Assembly (NCBI GenBank): GCA_965220965.1
Contig: OZ244852.1
Span: forward strand, 1,184,001-1,248,000
DNA from: Candidatus Marinacidobacterium sp.
GTDB taxonomy: Bacteria > Acidobacteriota > Vicinamibacteria > Marinacidobacterales > Marinacidobacteraceae
DNA length: 64,000 nucleotides
Direction: 5' to 3'
This document shows positions 15,996 to 28,800 of the stretch, piece by piece (the stretch's first letter is position 1; each line of letters begins with the position of its first letter). The notes under the pieces were generated by a model. It searched no databases. It saw only the letters and a list, made by a program, of their open reading frames with translations, and was not told where the DNA came from. The position numbers and the translations under genes were made by a program.

Positions 15996-18467
15996 CTACC
16001 GGGACTCGTCCCGGATGGCCTCCAGCCGCTCGCGGGCCACGGTGAACCGTTCGAGGATGCGGGGGATTCCGGTGTCGCCGTAGCGGGCCAGCGTCCGCGC
16101 CTCCGCCACCACGAGCGCCCGCAGGAGGTCCCCGGCGGCGGCGCGCGCCGCCGAAGGGTCGGTGCTCCCGACCTCGCCAACCCACACCGGCGATGTCTGC
16201 GCGAAGACCGAGCCGTTCATCCCCGGCCAGGCCTCCTCGCCGCCGTGCGCGCGGACGGCGACCCATCCCCCGGACGGCAGGTCGAGCGCGCCGCTCAGCT
16301 CCCGGCGGCCCGGCCCGTCGAGGCCGGCGAGCGTCTCGACGACGGTCCCGTTGACGAGGAGATCGACCTGCGCCACCGCGCCCGCCGAGGCGAGCGTCAG
16401 CTCCCAGTTGGCGGTCTCCGCAACCGGCGCGACGCCGCCCGGTCGTTCTCCGCCGAGGCGGAAGTCCAGGAGGGGCCCGGTGCTCACGAAGCTGCGTCCT
16501 GCCCGCAGCGCCTCGAGATAGGGGCCGAGGCGGAACGGTCCCGGAGCATGGACGTAGACCCGGGTCGTCCCGACCGCCATCGTCCGGTGGTAGTTAAGCA
16601 TCACGTCGGTGCCAGCGGAGGCGGCCAGCGGGATCCCGAGGTTCAGGACCCTGCCCCACAACTCGGCGGTCCCCGCCTCGCTCGTCCACAGACACGCGAT
16701 CTCCAGCGTGTCCAGATCGCCCAGCACGGCGTCCGGCACGAAGCTCACCGGGATCGCCGAGAGCCCCGCCTCGCTCCCGAAGGGGTCGGGGACGCTCACC
16801 GGATGCATGTAGGCGCTCACCCCCTGCTGGCTCCGGGCGTGCGCCAGCGCGTCCCGGTTGGGGCGATCGTCGTCGGCGTAGACCGGGTAGCCGGGCCCCC
16901 AGAACCACGGCCAGAAGGCGCTCTCGATGCCGATGAGGCCCAGATGCCCGAGGAAATGGGACCGGATCTCCTGCCCGAAGAGCACCGCCGGAACCCGGTC
17001 CACCCGACGGTCGGCGAAGAACTCGGTGTCGTTCCGTCGATGGTGCAGGTTCGCCATCAGCGGGGTCCCGAAGTCCACATCCTCGGCGGCGAGGAGGAAC
17101 TCCAGATCGCCGGGCGTCAACCGGACCGGACCGCCGTAGTTCAGGTGGAAGTGGTGGTCGGCGGAGCGGTAGCCGGCTTCGCGCGGGTCCCAGAGCGGAT
17201 CCAGCTCGAGGACCAGCTCCCGCAGCTCGCCGGCCGCGACCTCGACCGAGCCGGTCGCCACGGTGTGCGAGAACCCGTGGGCGGCGATGACGCGGACCTC
17301 GCCGCCCGGCGCCGCCGGAACCTCGACTTCCACGACGCCGGGCGAATACCAGAAGACCCGTCCGTGGGTCCCGTCGACCCGCGCGAAGGCGTCCGGATGA
17401 AACACCGGATGGCCCGCGGGATCCGTGACCGCAAGCCTCGCCGGGAGCGGGGCGGCGACGCCGCGCCTCTGCGTCGTGATCCGCACGCGCGCCAGGGGAA
17501 CGCCGAAGTCCCACGCCCGCACCGGAACCAGCTCCACCGGGCCGCCGCGCGTGCTGGCGCGCTTCAGGTGGAAGCGCTCGTCGTCATCCGCCTCGACATA
17601 GAAGACGGATCGCCCGTCGGCGGTCGGCGCCGGGGTGAGCGGCAGGCCCCGGGCGGCCACGATCTCGATCGGGTCCGGGTTCTCCGGGTCCACCAGCAGC
17701 AGCCGGTATCCGTCGCGCCCGTCCCCGGCGGGCCAGTTCACCGCGATCGTGGCGCCCGAGGGGTGGGCGCCGGGGCGCGCCTGCGATGCGATGGACTCGG
17801 TCCTCAGCTCGCGCTCCACGCCCTCGGCGTCCCGATGGACGAGGGCGTCCGGCGAGGAGCGCCCCTTCGAGAGGTAGGCGACGCCCCCGCCGGCGAGCGG
17901 CTGCGGCCGGACCTCCAGCCCGCGCCGGCTGGTGATCCGCGCGGGCTCGCCCGAGCGCGCTTCCAGCCGCCAGATGTCGAGATCCCCTTCGGAGGCGGCG
18001 CTGAAGTAGAGGTCCTCGCCGTCCGGAGACCACGCCGGATCGAGGACGATGGCGTCGTCCCGGAACAGCAGCGACTCCTCGCCGGAAGCGAGGTCGAGCG
18101 ACCAGAGCGCGAGCGTCGCCGAGTCGTCGCGGAGGAAGGCCAGCGCGCTCCCATCCGGCTTCCAGGTCGGCCGGGAGTCCAGCGCCGGGGAGTCCGTCAA
18201 CCGCGTGGCAACGCCGGTCTCGAGGTCGAGCAGCCAGAGCCAGCCGCGCGCGGCGAAGGCGACGCTCGCCCCATCGGGAGACGGCGCCGGGTCGGTGGGG
18301 CCGAAGGCGCTGATCGGAAGCTCGAAGCCCTCGACGTAGACGTGGTGCGAGTAGCCCTCGAGGCGGGCGTAGCGGTTCGTCCACTGGGCCGACGCCGCCG
18401 AGGAAAACAAGGCGGCCAGCAACAGCGCGACCGCGAAGCGGTTCGTGAAGGAGCCTGTGGCGCGCAT
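15996..18467 (-). CDS. Secreted CehA/McbA-type (PHP-like) metallohydrolase with N-terminal TolB/PD40 beta-propeller
   Basis: Signal peptide, SPDG/PTWKPDG/PAWSPDG repeats, ADHHFH, GHL, YMHP, AGTD, GRSFVSTGP; ATG 18467 with GGAGG. Confidence 0.75.
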   Translation of the reverse strand: MRATGSFTNRFAVALLLAALFSSAASAQWTNRYARLEGYSHHVYVEGFELPISAFGPTDPAPSPDGASVAFAARGWLWLLDLETGVATRLTDSPALDSRPTWKPDGSALAFLRDDSATLALWSLDLASGEESLLFRDDAIVLDPAWSPDGEDLYFSAASEGDLDIWRLEARSGEPARITSRRGLEVRPQPLAGGGVAYLSKGRSSPDALVHRDAEGVERELRTESIASQARPGAHPSGATIAVNWPAGDGRDGYRLLLVDPENPDPIEIVAARGLPLTPAPTADGRSVFYVEADDDERFHLKRASTRGGPVELVPVRAWDFGVPLARVRITTQRRGVAAPLPARLAVTDPAGHPVFHPDAFARVDGTHGRVFWYSPGVVEVEVPAAPGGEVRVIAAHGFSHTVATGSVEVAAGELRELVLELDPLWDPREAGYRSADHHFHLNYGGPVRLTPGDLEFLLAAEDVDFGTPLMANLHHRRNDTEFFADRRVDRVPAVLFGQEIRSHFLGHLGLIGIESAFWPWFWGPGYPVYADDDRPNRDALAHARSQQGVSAYMHPVSVPDPFGSEAGLSAIPVSFVPDAVLGDLDTLEIACLWTSEAGTAELWGRVLNLGIPLAASAGTDVMLNYHRTMAVGTTRVYVHAPGPFRLGPYLEALRAGRSFVSTGPLLDFRLGGERPGGVAPVAETANWELTLASAGAVAQVDLLVNGTVVETLAGLDGPGRRELSGALDLPSGGWVAVRAHGGEEAWPGMNGSVFAQTSPVWVGEVGSTDPSAARAAAGDLLRALVVAEARTLARYGDTGIPRILERFTVARERLEAIRDESR

Positions 18468-18496
18468 GGGACGACCTCCCGGGGCTGTTGAGGGCA

Positions 18497-19312
18497 TCAG
18501 AGACCGGATGCCGCGCGGAACTCCCGCGCCGGGACCCGCTGGTCAGCGACAAGGGCGTCGGTGACGAGCATGTGGCCGGGGGCGTGAGTGATGAGCCAAC
18601 GCGGCCGGGCCGCCCGGGCTGCGATCCGGGAGGTCACGCCGCAGGCCCAGAACGCCGGGACCTCTCCGGGCCGGAGCCCGCCGGCGTCCCCGAAATCGGG
18701 AGCGTCGAGGTCGCGGATGCCGAGCGCCGCCGGATCCCCGGCGTGGACCGGCGCGCCGTGGCACAGCGGAAGCGCTTCGCAGATCCGCACGACCTCGTCG
18801 AGGCGGGCTTCCGGGACAGTGCGCATCGAGACGACGAGCGGCCCGCGGAAGGGACCGGACGGGCGGCAGCGGCGGCCCGTGACGTACATGGGAACGATCC
18901 GCCCTTCCTCCTGATGGCGAAGCCGGATGCCGGCATTGACCAGCGCCGCCTCGAATCCGAAGCTGCAGCCGAGCAGGAAGGCGCTCAGGTCATCGCTCCA
19001 GTCGCTGCGGACATCGAGGCGCTCCTCCTCCCCTTCCCCGTCGCAAAAGACCCGGTAACGAGGGAGGTCGGTCCGCAGGTCCGCCCCCGGCGCCACGGAC
19101 CCGGCGGCGGAGAGAACCGGTTCGCGCGACACCTCGAGCAGCGGGCACGCCTGCGCATTCCGCGCGCAGAAGGCGCGGAAGTCGGCCTCCAGCGCCCGCG
19201 GCAGCGCCACGAGATTCGCCTGGGCGAAACCGGGCGCATGGCCCGAAGTCGTTCCGGTGAAATCCCCGGATCGGCACGCGGCCCGCAGCTCCGCCGGACT
19301 CGTCTCAGTCAT
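18497..19312 (-). CDS. Putative hydro-lyase, DUF1445 / D-glutamate cyclase family
   Basis: PGFAQANL, DLRTDLPRYRV, GCSFGFE, PAFWACGVT, THAPGHMLVTD; start MTETSP at 19312. Confidence 0.9.
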   Translation of the reverse strand: MTETSPAELRAACRSGDFTGTTSGHAPGFAQANLVALPRALEADFRAFCARNAQACPLLEVSREPVLSAAGSVAPGADLRTDLPRYRVFCDGEGEEERLDVRSDWSDDLSAFLLGCSFGFEAALVNAGIRLRHQEEGRIVPMYVTGRRCRPSGPFRGPLVVSMRTVPEARLDEVVRICEALPLCHGAPVHAGDPAALGIRDLDAPDFGDAGGLRPGEVPAFWACGVTSRIAARAARPRWLITHAPGHMLVTDALVADQRVPAREFRAASGL

Positions 19313-19809
19313 TCCGCCCGCTGGACAACGAAGAAGACGCGGCGGTCGCGCTCGCCCGCCGGAAGACGCTCCGCGATTCCCGGGCCGTCCATACCCGCGC
19401 CTGAGTCCCGAAGACTCGCCGGAGAAAACACACTCGCCGTCTTCCGCAAGCAGCCCGCTCGCCCCGCGGCCGGAGGCCATGGTTGATTCCATAAGGGAGG
19501 GTGTTGCATTCCGTTACACTCGCGCGCTAGCGGCCGGACTGTATCCGCTGAACCAATACCTGACAGACGAGGTCCAGACCTCGCCTGCAGGAAGCGGCGG
19601 CGGGTTCGGCCCTCTGAATGATCTCGATCTCTCCCCCCCAGCAAACCATGCGGTTGACCGGGACGCCGCCCCACGCGGGACAGCGCGCGGTCTCCTCCTG
19701 AGCGACGCCCTCATTGTGAATCCCATGGTTTCTCTTGCCCTGGCTCGACGCCACCCGCTGCGGTGGGCGAGGGTGAGAGCGCGAGTCGCTGCGGGGCGCA
19801 TCTCCTGAA

Positions 19810-22800
19810 GTGAGCCCGAGACTCCATAGCCCCGGACGCTTCGCGCGCGCCGCGCGCGCTGGCTGGATCGCGCTCCTTCCGCTGCTGGCGCCCGCCATCG
19901 CGCCCGCTATCCCATCCGGCCTTGACGGGTCTGCGGCGACAGCGGTCGCCGCCCAGACGCTGGTGGCCCCCGACGCCCCCGGCAGCTTCACCGCGACCGC
20001 GGGCGACACCGAGGTTTCGCTCACCTGGACGGCGCCGACGAACACCACGGTCGACAGCTTCCAGATCCGGCACAAGCTGACCTCCGCGGCCAGCTTCGGA
20101 AGCTGGAACTCTGTGGGCGGCGGCGGAACCACGACGAGCCACACCGTCACCGGTCTCCTGAACGGGATGGGCTACACGTTCGAGGTCCGGGCGGTGAACA
20201 GCGCCCACAACGGCCTCGCGGCCCTGGCGATGGCGACCCCGCAGTTGCCGGCGCCAGACCCTCCCGGGGACTTCCACGTCTACCGGGGCAACGCCAGGGC
20301 ATGGATGGACTGGGAAGCCCCGACAAATACGAGCGAGATCAACCGCTTCGAGGTCCGCTACCGGACCGCCGAGAGCTGGCCGACCCCTGCGGGGCCCTTC
20401 ACGAACTGGGAGGAGGTCTTCGGCGGCGGAGCGGCCAACAACCACGAGATCACCGGACTTACGAACGGCGTCTACTACGAAGTCGAGTTGCGGGCGGTGA
20501 ACGACACCGGAAACAGCGCAGCCGTAAGGGCATACGTGACTCCCATCGCCGGCGGCCAGCGGACCACCCGGCCGGACATCACCGCGCTGACGCCGGGAAA
20601 CCAGCAACTGACCCTCTCGTGGAGCTGGACGGACGACACCGGAGGGCTCTGCGTCGCCGGCCCAGGGGAAATTTTCGGCTGGGAGATCGAGTACCGGAAA
20701 ACCGGATTGGCGTGGCAACCCACCTGGTTGGAGATGACGAATACCGCGGATGCGGGGGTCTTCAGCATCTACGGCATGGCCAGCCTGAGGACCTTCGTGC
20801 TGGGCCCTTCGTCGAGTGGCCAATATGCCCATGAGATCGGGGTCGCTCTGGATCCGGTGGAGTATCAGGTGCGGATGGCGGCGGTGGCCTCCGCCTGCGA
20901 AGACCTACCCAACTTCAACAACAGCGCGCACTCCGCCACCTGGTCCACGACCCTGGCGGCGGCCCCCGACGCGCCCACCGGCCTCACCGCAACAGCCGGA
21001 GACACCACCGTCTCGCTGAGCTGGGCGCCTCCCACGAACGTCACCAACATCACCCGCTTCGAGCTTCGCTACGGCGCCGCGGGAAACCTCGGGAACTGGA
21101 GCACGGTCTCGGGCGGGGGAGCCGCCAACAGCGAGATCGTCACCGGGCTCACGAACGGAACCCTCTACACCTTCGAGGTGCGGGCGGTGAACCCCGCCGG
21201 AGAAGGCCCTGCGGCCACGACGACCGCGACGCCGACGCCGCCGCCGCCCGATGCGCCGGGTCTGAGCGCGACGCCGGGCGACACGAAAGTGACGCTGAAC
21301 TGGACGGCGCCGACGAACACGACGGACATCGACAAGTACCAGTTCCAGTACCGGACGAGCCCGAGCGGGGCGTGGGTCACCTGGGCGGACGTGGCTGGCG
21401 GCGGGACGGCGTCGAGCCAGGAGGTGACCGGGCTGACGAACGGGACGGCCTACGACTTCGAGGTGCGGGCGGTGAACGCCGGGGGCAACGGTGCGGCCGC
21501 CCAGGTGACGGCGACGCCGAACCCGCCGATCCCCGAGGCTCCGGGTCTGAGCGCGACGCCGGACGACACGAAGGTGACGCTGAACTGGACGGCGCCGACG
21601 AACACGACGAACATCGACAAGTACCAGTTCCAGTACCGGACGAGCCCGAGCGGGGCATGGGTCACCTGGGCGGACGTGGCTGGCGGCGGGACGGCGTCGA
21701 GCCAGGAGGTCACCGGGCTGACGAACGGGACGGCCTACGACTTCGAGGTGCGGGCGGTGAACGCCGGGGGCAACGGTGCGGCCGCCCAGGTGACGGCGAC
21801 CCCGAACCCGCCGCTGCCCGAGGCGCCGGGTCTGTCTGCGACGCCGGACGACACGAAGGTGACGCTGAACTGGACGGCGCCGACGAACACGACGAACATC
21901 GACAAGTACCAGTTCCAGTACCGGACGAGCCCGAGCGGGGCGTGGGTCACCTGGGCGGACGTGGCTGGCGGCGGGACCGCGTCGAGCCAGGAGGTCACCG
22001 GGCTGACGAACGGGACCGCCTACGACTTCGAGGTGCGGGCGGTGAACAGCGGGGGCAACGGTGCGGCCGCCCAGGTGACCGCGACCCCGAACCCGCCGCT
22101 GCCCGAGGCGCCGGGTCTCACGGCGACGCCGGACGACACGAAGGTGACGCTGAACTGGACGGCGCCGACGAACACGACGAACATCGACAAGTACCAGTTC
22201 CAGTACCGGACGAGCCCGAGCGGGGCGTGGGTCACCTGGGCGGACGTGGCGGGCGGCGGAACGGCGTCGAGCCAGGAGGTCACCGGGCTGACGAACGGGA
22301 CCGCCTACGACTTCGAGGTGCGGGCGGTGAACAGCGGGGGCAACGGTGCGGCCGCCCAGGTGACGGCGACCCCGAACCCGCCGCTGCCCGAGGCGCCGGG
22401 TCTCACGGCGACGCCGGACGACACGAAGGTGACGCTGAACTGGACGGCGCCGACGAACACGACGAACATCGACAAGTACCAGTTCCAGTACCGGACGAGC
22501 CCGAGCGGGGCGTGGATCACCTGGGCGGACGTGGCGGGCGGCGGGACGGCGTCCACCCAGGAGGTGACCGGGCTGACGAACGGGACCGCCTACGACTTCG
22601 AGGTGCGGGCGGTGAACAGCGGGGGCAACGGGGCGGCCGCCCAGGTGACGGCGACCCCGAACCCGCCCGCGCCCGAGGCGCCGGGTCTCACGGCGACGCC
22701 GGACGACACGAAGGTGACGCTGAACTGGACGGCGCCGACGAACACGACGAACATCGACAAATACCAGTTCCAGTACCGGACGAGCCCGAGCGGGGCGTGG

Positions 22801-25800
22801 GTCACCTGGGCGGACGTGGCGGGCGGCGGGACGGCGTCCACCCAGGAGGTCACCGGGCTGACGAACGGGACGGCCTACGACTTCGAGGTGCGGGCGGTGA
22901 ACGCCGGGGGCAACGGGGCGGCCGCCCAGGTGACGGCGACGCCGAACCCGCCGCTGCCCGAGGCGCCGGGTCTGAGCGCGACGCCGGACGACACGAAGGT
23001 GACGCTGAACTGGACGGCGCCGACGAACACGACGAACATCGACAAGTACCAGTTCCAGTACCGGACGAGCCCGAGCGGGGCGTGGGTCACCTGGGCGGAC
23101 GTGGCTGGCGGCGGAACGGCGTCCACCCAGGAGGTCACCGGGCTGACGAACGGGACCGCCTACGACTTCGAGGTGCGGGCGGTGAACAGCGGGGGCAACG
23201 GTGCGGCCGCCCAGGTGACGGCGACCCCGAACCCGCCGCTGCCCGAGGCGCCGGGTCTGAGCGCGACGCCGGGCGACACGAAGGTGACGCTGAACTGGAC
23301 GGCGCCGACGAACACGACGAACATCGACAAGTACCAGTTCCAGTACCGGACGAGCCCGAGCGGGGCGTGGATCACCTGGGCGGACGTGGCTGGCGGCGGA
23401 ACGGCGTCCACCCAGGAGGTCACCGGGCTGACGAACGGGACGGCCTACGACTTCGAGGTCCGGGCGGTGAACGCCGGGGGCAACGGGGCGGCCGCCCAGG
23501 TGACGGCGACCCCGAACCCGCCCGCGCCCGAGGCGCCGGGTCTCACGGCGACGCCGGACGACACGAAGGTGACGCTGAACTGGACGGCGCCGACGAACAC
23601 GACGAACATCGACAAGTACCAGTTCCAGTACCGGACGAGCCCGAGCGGGGCGTGGGTCACCTGGGCGGACGTGGCTGGCGGCGGGACGGCGTCGAGCCAG
23701 GAGGTGACCGGGCTGACGAACGGGACCGCCTACGACTTCGAGGTGCGGGCGGTGAACAGCGGGGGCAACGGTGCGGCCGCGCAGGTGACCGCGACCCCGA
23801 ACCCGCCGCTGCCCGAGGCGCCGGGTCTCACGGCGACGCCGGACGACACGAAGGTGACGCTGAACTGGACGGCGCCGACGAACACGACGAACATCGACAA
23901 GTACCAGTTCCAGTACCGGACGAGCCCGAGCGGGGCGTGGGTCACCTGGGCGGACGTGGCGGGCGGCGGAACGGCGTCGAGCCAGGAGGTCACCGGACTG
24001 ACGAACGGGACGGCCTACGACTTCGAGGTCCGGGCGGTGAACGCCGGGGGCAACGGTGCGGCCGCCCAGGTGACGGCGACCCCGAACCCGCCGCTGCCCG
24101 AGGCGCCGGGTCTGTCTGCGACGCCGGACGACACGAAGGTGACGCTGAACTGGACGGCGCCGACGAACACGACGAACATCGACAAGTACCAGTTCCAGTA
24201 CCGGACGAGCCCGAGCGGGGCGTGGGTCACCTGGGCGGACGTGGCTGGCGGCGGGACGGCGTCGAGCCAGGAGGTGACCGGGCTGACGAACGGGACCGCC
24301 TACGACTTCGAGGTGCGGGCGGTGAACGCCGGGGGCAACGGGGCGGCCGCCCAGGTGACGGCGACCCCGAACCCGCCGCTGCCCGAGGCGCCGGGTCTCA
24401 CGGCGACGCCGGGCGACACGAAGGTGACGCTGAACTGGACGGCGCCGACGAACACGACGAACATCGACAAGTATCAGTTCCAGTACCGGACGAGCCCGAG
24501 CGGGGCGTGGGTCACCTGGGCGGACGTGGCGGGCGGCGGGACGGCGTCGAGCCAGGAGGTGACCGGGCTGACGAACGGGACGGCCTACGACTTCGAGGTC
24601 CGGGCGGTGAACAGCGGGGGCAACGGTGCGGCCGCCCAGGTGACGGCGACCCCGAATCCGCCGGCGCCGGATGCACCCAGCAGCTTCATTGCGACGGCGG
24701 GGGATGCCGAGGTTGCCCTGAGCTGGACGGCGCCGACGAACGCGACGATCACCGGGTTCGAGGTGCGCCACCGGGCGACGACCGGGGGGAGCTTCGGGAA
24801 CTGGGATCCGGCGGGCGGGGCCACGGCCACCAGCCACACGGTGACGGGGCTGGCGAACGGGACGGACTACACGTTCGAGTTGCGGGCGGTGAACGCCGGC
24901 GTGGAGGGTCTCGCCGCCACCGCGACCGCGACGCCCCTCCTCCCCGCGCCGCGGTTCTTCTACGCGACGGGGGGAGACACCCTAGTCGTGCTGAACTGGG
25001 GGGCGCCGGTTACCACCAGTCCGATCACGGGCTACGAATACCGCTACCGGAAGAGTTCAGCGACGATCGAGGGAACGTGGACCACGGTGCCGGGCGGAGC
25101 CTCCGTCAGCACGGAGCTCGTCAGAGGCCTGGAGAACGATACGGAATACACGTTCGATCTACGCGCCGTGAACGGGGCTTTCGCCACGGATAGGACCGAG
25201 CCAGGACTGGCGACGCCGGCCCCTCCGGACAACTTCACCGCGACGCCGGGCGACAGTGCGGTCGGGCTGAGCTGGGCCATCCCCCCGGCGAACATCAGTC
25301 AGATCACCGGCTATCAGGTCCGCCACAAGGTGACGAACGGCGGGAGCTTCGTGCCCTGGGACCTGGTGTTCGGCGGCGCGAACGCCAGGAACACCACGAT
25401 CACCGGCCTGACGAACGGGACGAACTACACGTTCGAGGTACGGGCGCAGAACCCCGTGGAGGACGGCCTCCCAGCCACCACGACCGCGACGCCGACGCTG
25501 GGGGGGAACCAGGCGCCGACGGTGGTGGGGACCGGGATCGACGACCAGACCGTCGCGGCGGGAGCGACGAAGGCCGTGACGCTCGCCGGCGCGTTCAACG
25601 ATCCGGACGGCGACAACAACGACCTGACCTACTCGGCGGTTTCGGGCGACCCGACGAAGGCGACCGTCTCGGTCAACGGGACTTCGCTGACGATCACCGG
25701 GGTCGCGATGGGGACCGCGACGGTCACGGTGACCGCCACCGATACGGGCGGTCTGTCGGCGACCGACTCGTTCACAGTGACGGTGTCCGGGACGAACCAG

Positions 25801-28800
25801 GCGCCGACGGTGGCGAACCCGATTGCGGACCAGGCCCTTGTCGCGGGAACCACCCGTTCCGTGGGGCTTATCAGCGTGTTCAGCGATCCCGAGGGCCAGC
25901 CGCTGACGTTCGCGGCCAGTTCGGATGACCCCGCGCTGGCGACCGTGTCGGTGAGCGGGACCACGCTGACGATCAACGCGGTCGCTGCGGGGACACCGAT
26001 GGTCACCGTGACGGCGACCGATCCGGGCGGTCTGTCGGCCACCGACACATTCACGGTGACGGTCTCCGGGACGAACCAGGCGCCGACGGTGGTGGGATCC
26101 GGGATCGCGGATCAGACCGTCACCGTGGGAGCCTCGAGCGACGTGTTGCTTGCCGGCGTCTTCAGCGATCCCGAGGGCCAGCCGATGACGCTCACGGCCG
26201 TTTCGGGTGACACCGCGAAGGCGACCGTCTCGGTCAGCGGGACGACCCTGACGATCTCCGGGCTGACCGTGGGCACAGCGACCGTCACGGTGACGGCCAC
26301 CGATCCGGGCGGCCTGTTTGTCACCGACTCCTTCACGGTGACGGTCTCGCCGGCGAACCAGCCGCCGACGGTGGTGGGGACCGGGATCGACGACCAGACC
26401 GTCGCGGCGGGAGGAACGACGGACGTGACGCTCGCCGGCGCGTTCAACGATCCGGACGGCGACAACAACGACCTGACGTACTCGGCCGTTTCGGACGACC
26501 CGACGAAGGCGACGGTCTCGGTGAGCGGGACAACCCTGACGATCAACGGGGTCGCGATGGGGTCCGCGATGGTCACGGTGACCGCCACGGATCCGGGCGG
26601 CCTGTCGATCACCGACACGTTCACCGTGACGGTGTCCGGGACCAACCAGCCGCCGACCGTGGTAGGCACGGGGATCGACGACCAGACCGTCGCGGCGGGG
26701 GCGACGACGGCCGTGACGCTCGCCGGCGCGTTCAACGATCCGGACGGCGACAACAACAAGCTGACGTACTCGGCCGTTTCCGGCGCCACCGCGCAGGCGA
26801 CCGTCTCGGTAACCGGGACGACGCTGACGATCGCCGGGGTGGCGATGGGGACGGCGGTGGTCACGGTGACCGCCACCGATCCAGGCAACCTGTCGGCCAC
26901 CGACACGTTCACGGTGACGGTGTCCGGAACCAACCAGCCGCCGACGGTGGTAACCGGGATCGCGGATCAGACCGTCACCGAGAGAACGTCGGTCGACGTG
27001 GATCTCGCCGGCGTGTTCAGCGATCCGGAGAGTCAGGCGCTGACGTTCGCGGCGACTTCGAACGCCACCACGACGGCGACCGCCTCGGTAAGCGGGACGA
27101 CCCTGACCATCTCCGGGCTCACTGTGGGCACAGCGATGGTCACTGTGACCGCCACCGATCCGGGCGGCCAGTCGATCACCGACTCCCTCACGGTGACGGT
27201 CGCGGCAGTGCTCCCCGGCCCGCCGATCATTACCAACGTGTTAGGGGCCGACTGGTCGGTCAGGATGTCGTGGGACAACCCCACGAACACCAGCGAGATC
27301 ACCAGCGCCCAGTTCCGTTGGCGCGAAACCAGCTCGATGAACTGGCCCAACTGGGGGGCTAAGTTTGTTCCCCTGCCGTCCGGAAACTCCGCCTTGATCC
27401 CCCTACCGAACGGGATCAGTCACACGATCCAGTTGCGGGTATCGAACAGCGCGGGTGACGGCCCACCCGCCACCTTTAGCGGGACACCAGTGAACTCTCC
27501 GCCGGTGGTGGATAACCCGATCCCGGACCAGACGGTGACGGTGGGTGGGATGACGGACGTTGCGCTCGACGGCGTGTTCGGCGATCCCTCGGGCCTCCCG
27601 GTGACGCTCGCGGCTGTTTCGGGGGACCCCTCGAAGGCCACCGTCTCGCTGACCAAGACAACGCTGCCGCTCCGCGGAGGAGACGCGAAGCTGAGGATCA
27701 CCGGAGTGGCGGTGGGGACGGCAACGGTCGCGGTGACCGCCACCGACACTGACGGCGCGCCGGTCACCGACTCGTTCACGGTGACCGTCGAGGGCGCCCC
27801 CGAGGCGCCGGGCAGTCTGAGCGCGACGCCGGACGACACGAAGGTGACGCTGAACTGGACGGCGCCGACGAACGCGACGATCATCGACAAGTACCAGTTC
27901 CAGTACCGGACGAGCCCGAGCGGGGCGTGGATCACCTGGGCGGACGTGGCGGGCGGCGGGACGGCGTCGAGCCAGGAGGTGACCGGGCTGACGAACGGGA
28001 CCGCCTACGACTTCGAGGTCCGGGCGGTGAACGCCGCGGGCAACGGGACGGCCGCCCAGGTGACGGCGACCCCGAACCCGCCGCTGCCCGAGGCGCCGGG
28101 TCTCACGGCGACGCCGGACGACACGAAGGTGACGCTGAACTGGACGGCGCCGACGAACACGACGAACATCGACAAGTATCAGTTCCAGTACCGGACGAGC
28201 CCGAGCGGAGCGTGGATCACCTGGGCGGACGTGGCGGGCGGCGGAACGGCGTCGAGCCAGGAGGTGACCGGGCTGACGAACGGGACCGCCTACGACTTCG
28301 AGGTGCGGGCGGTGAACGCCGGGGGCAATGGTGCGGCCGCCCAGGTGACCGCGACCCCGAACCCGCCGCTGCCCGAGGCGCCGGGTCTGAGCGCGACGCC
28401 GGACGACACGAAGGTGACGCTGAACTGGACGGCGCCGACGAACACGACGAACATCGACAAGTACCAGTTCCAGTACCGGACGAGCCCGAGCGGGGCGTGG
28501 GTCACCTGGGCGGACGTGGCTGGCGGCGGAACGGCGTCCACCCAGGAGGTGACCGGGCTGACGAACGGGACGGCCTACGACTTCGAGGTGCGGGCGGTGA
28601 ACGCCGGGGGCAACGGTGCGGCCGCGCAGGTGACGGCGACCCCGAACCCGCCGCTGCCCGAGGCGCCGGGTCTCACGGCGACGCCGGACGACACGAAGGT
28701 GACGCTGAACTGGACGGCGCCGACGAACACGACGAACATCGACAAGTATCAGTTCCAGTACCGGACGAGCCCGAGCGGGGCGTGGGTCACCTGGGCGGAC

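Noticed and set aside
1-19500. Numerous overlapping opposite-strand ORFs of 100-770 aa
   Set aside because: They overlap well-supported family genes and show no recognisable motifs; expected at this GC content.
19633-19639. C7 tract upstream of the giant gene as a phase-variation switch
   Set aside because: Too short to be notable at this GC content, and not clearly within a promoter or coding frame.
19641-19700. c-di-GMP-I riboswitch-like words (GCAAACCAT...GGGACGC) upstream of the giant adhesin
   Set aside because: The GNRA tetraloop, P2 pairing and following AAAG are missing. A cmsearch against RF01051 would settle it; not supportable by eye.
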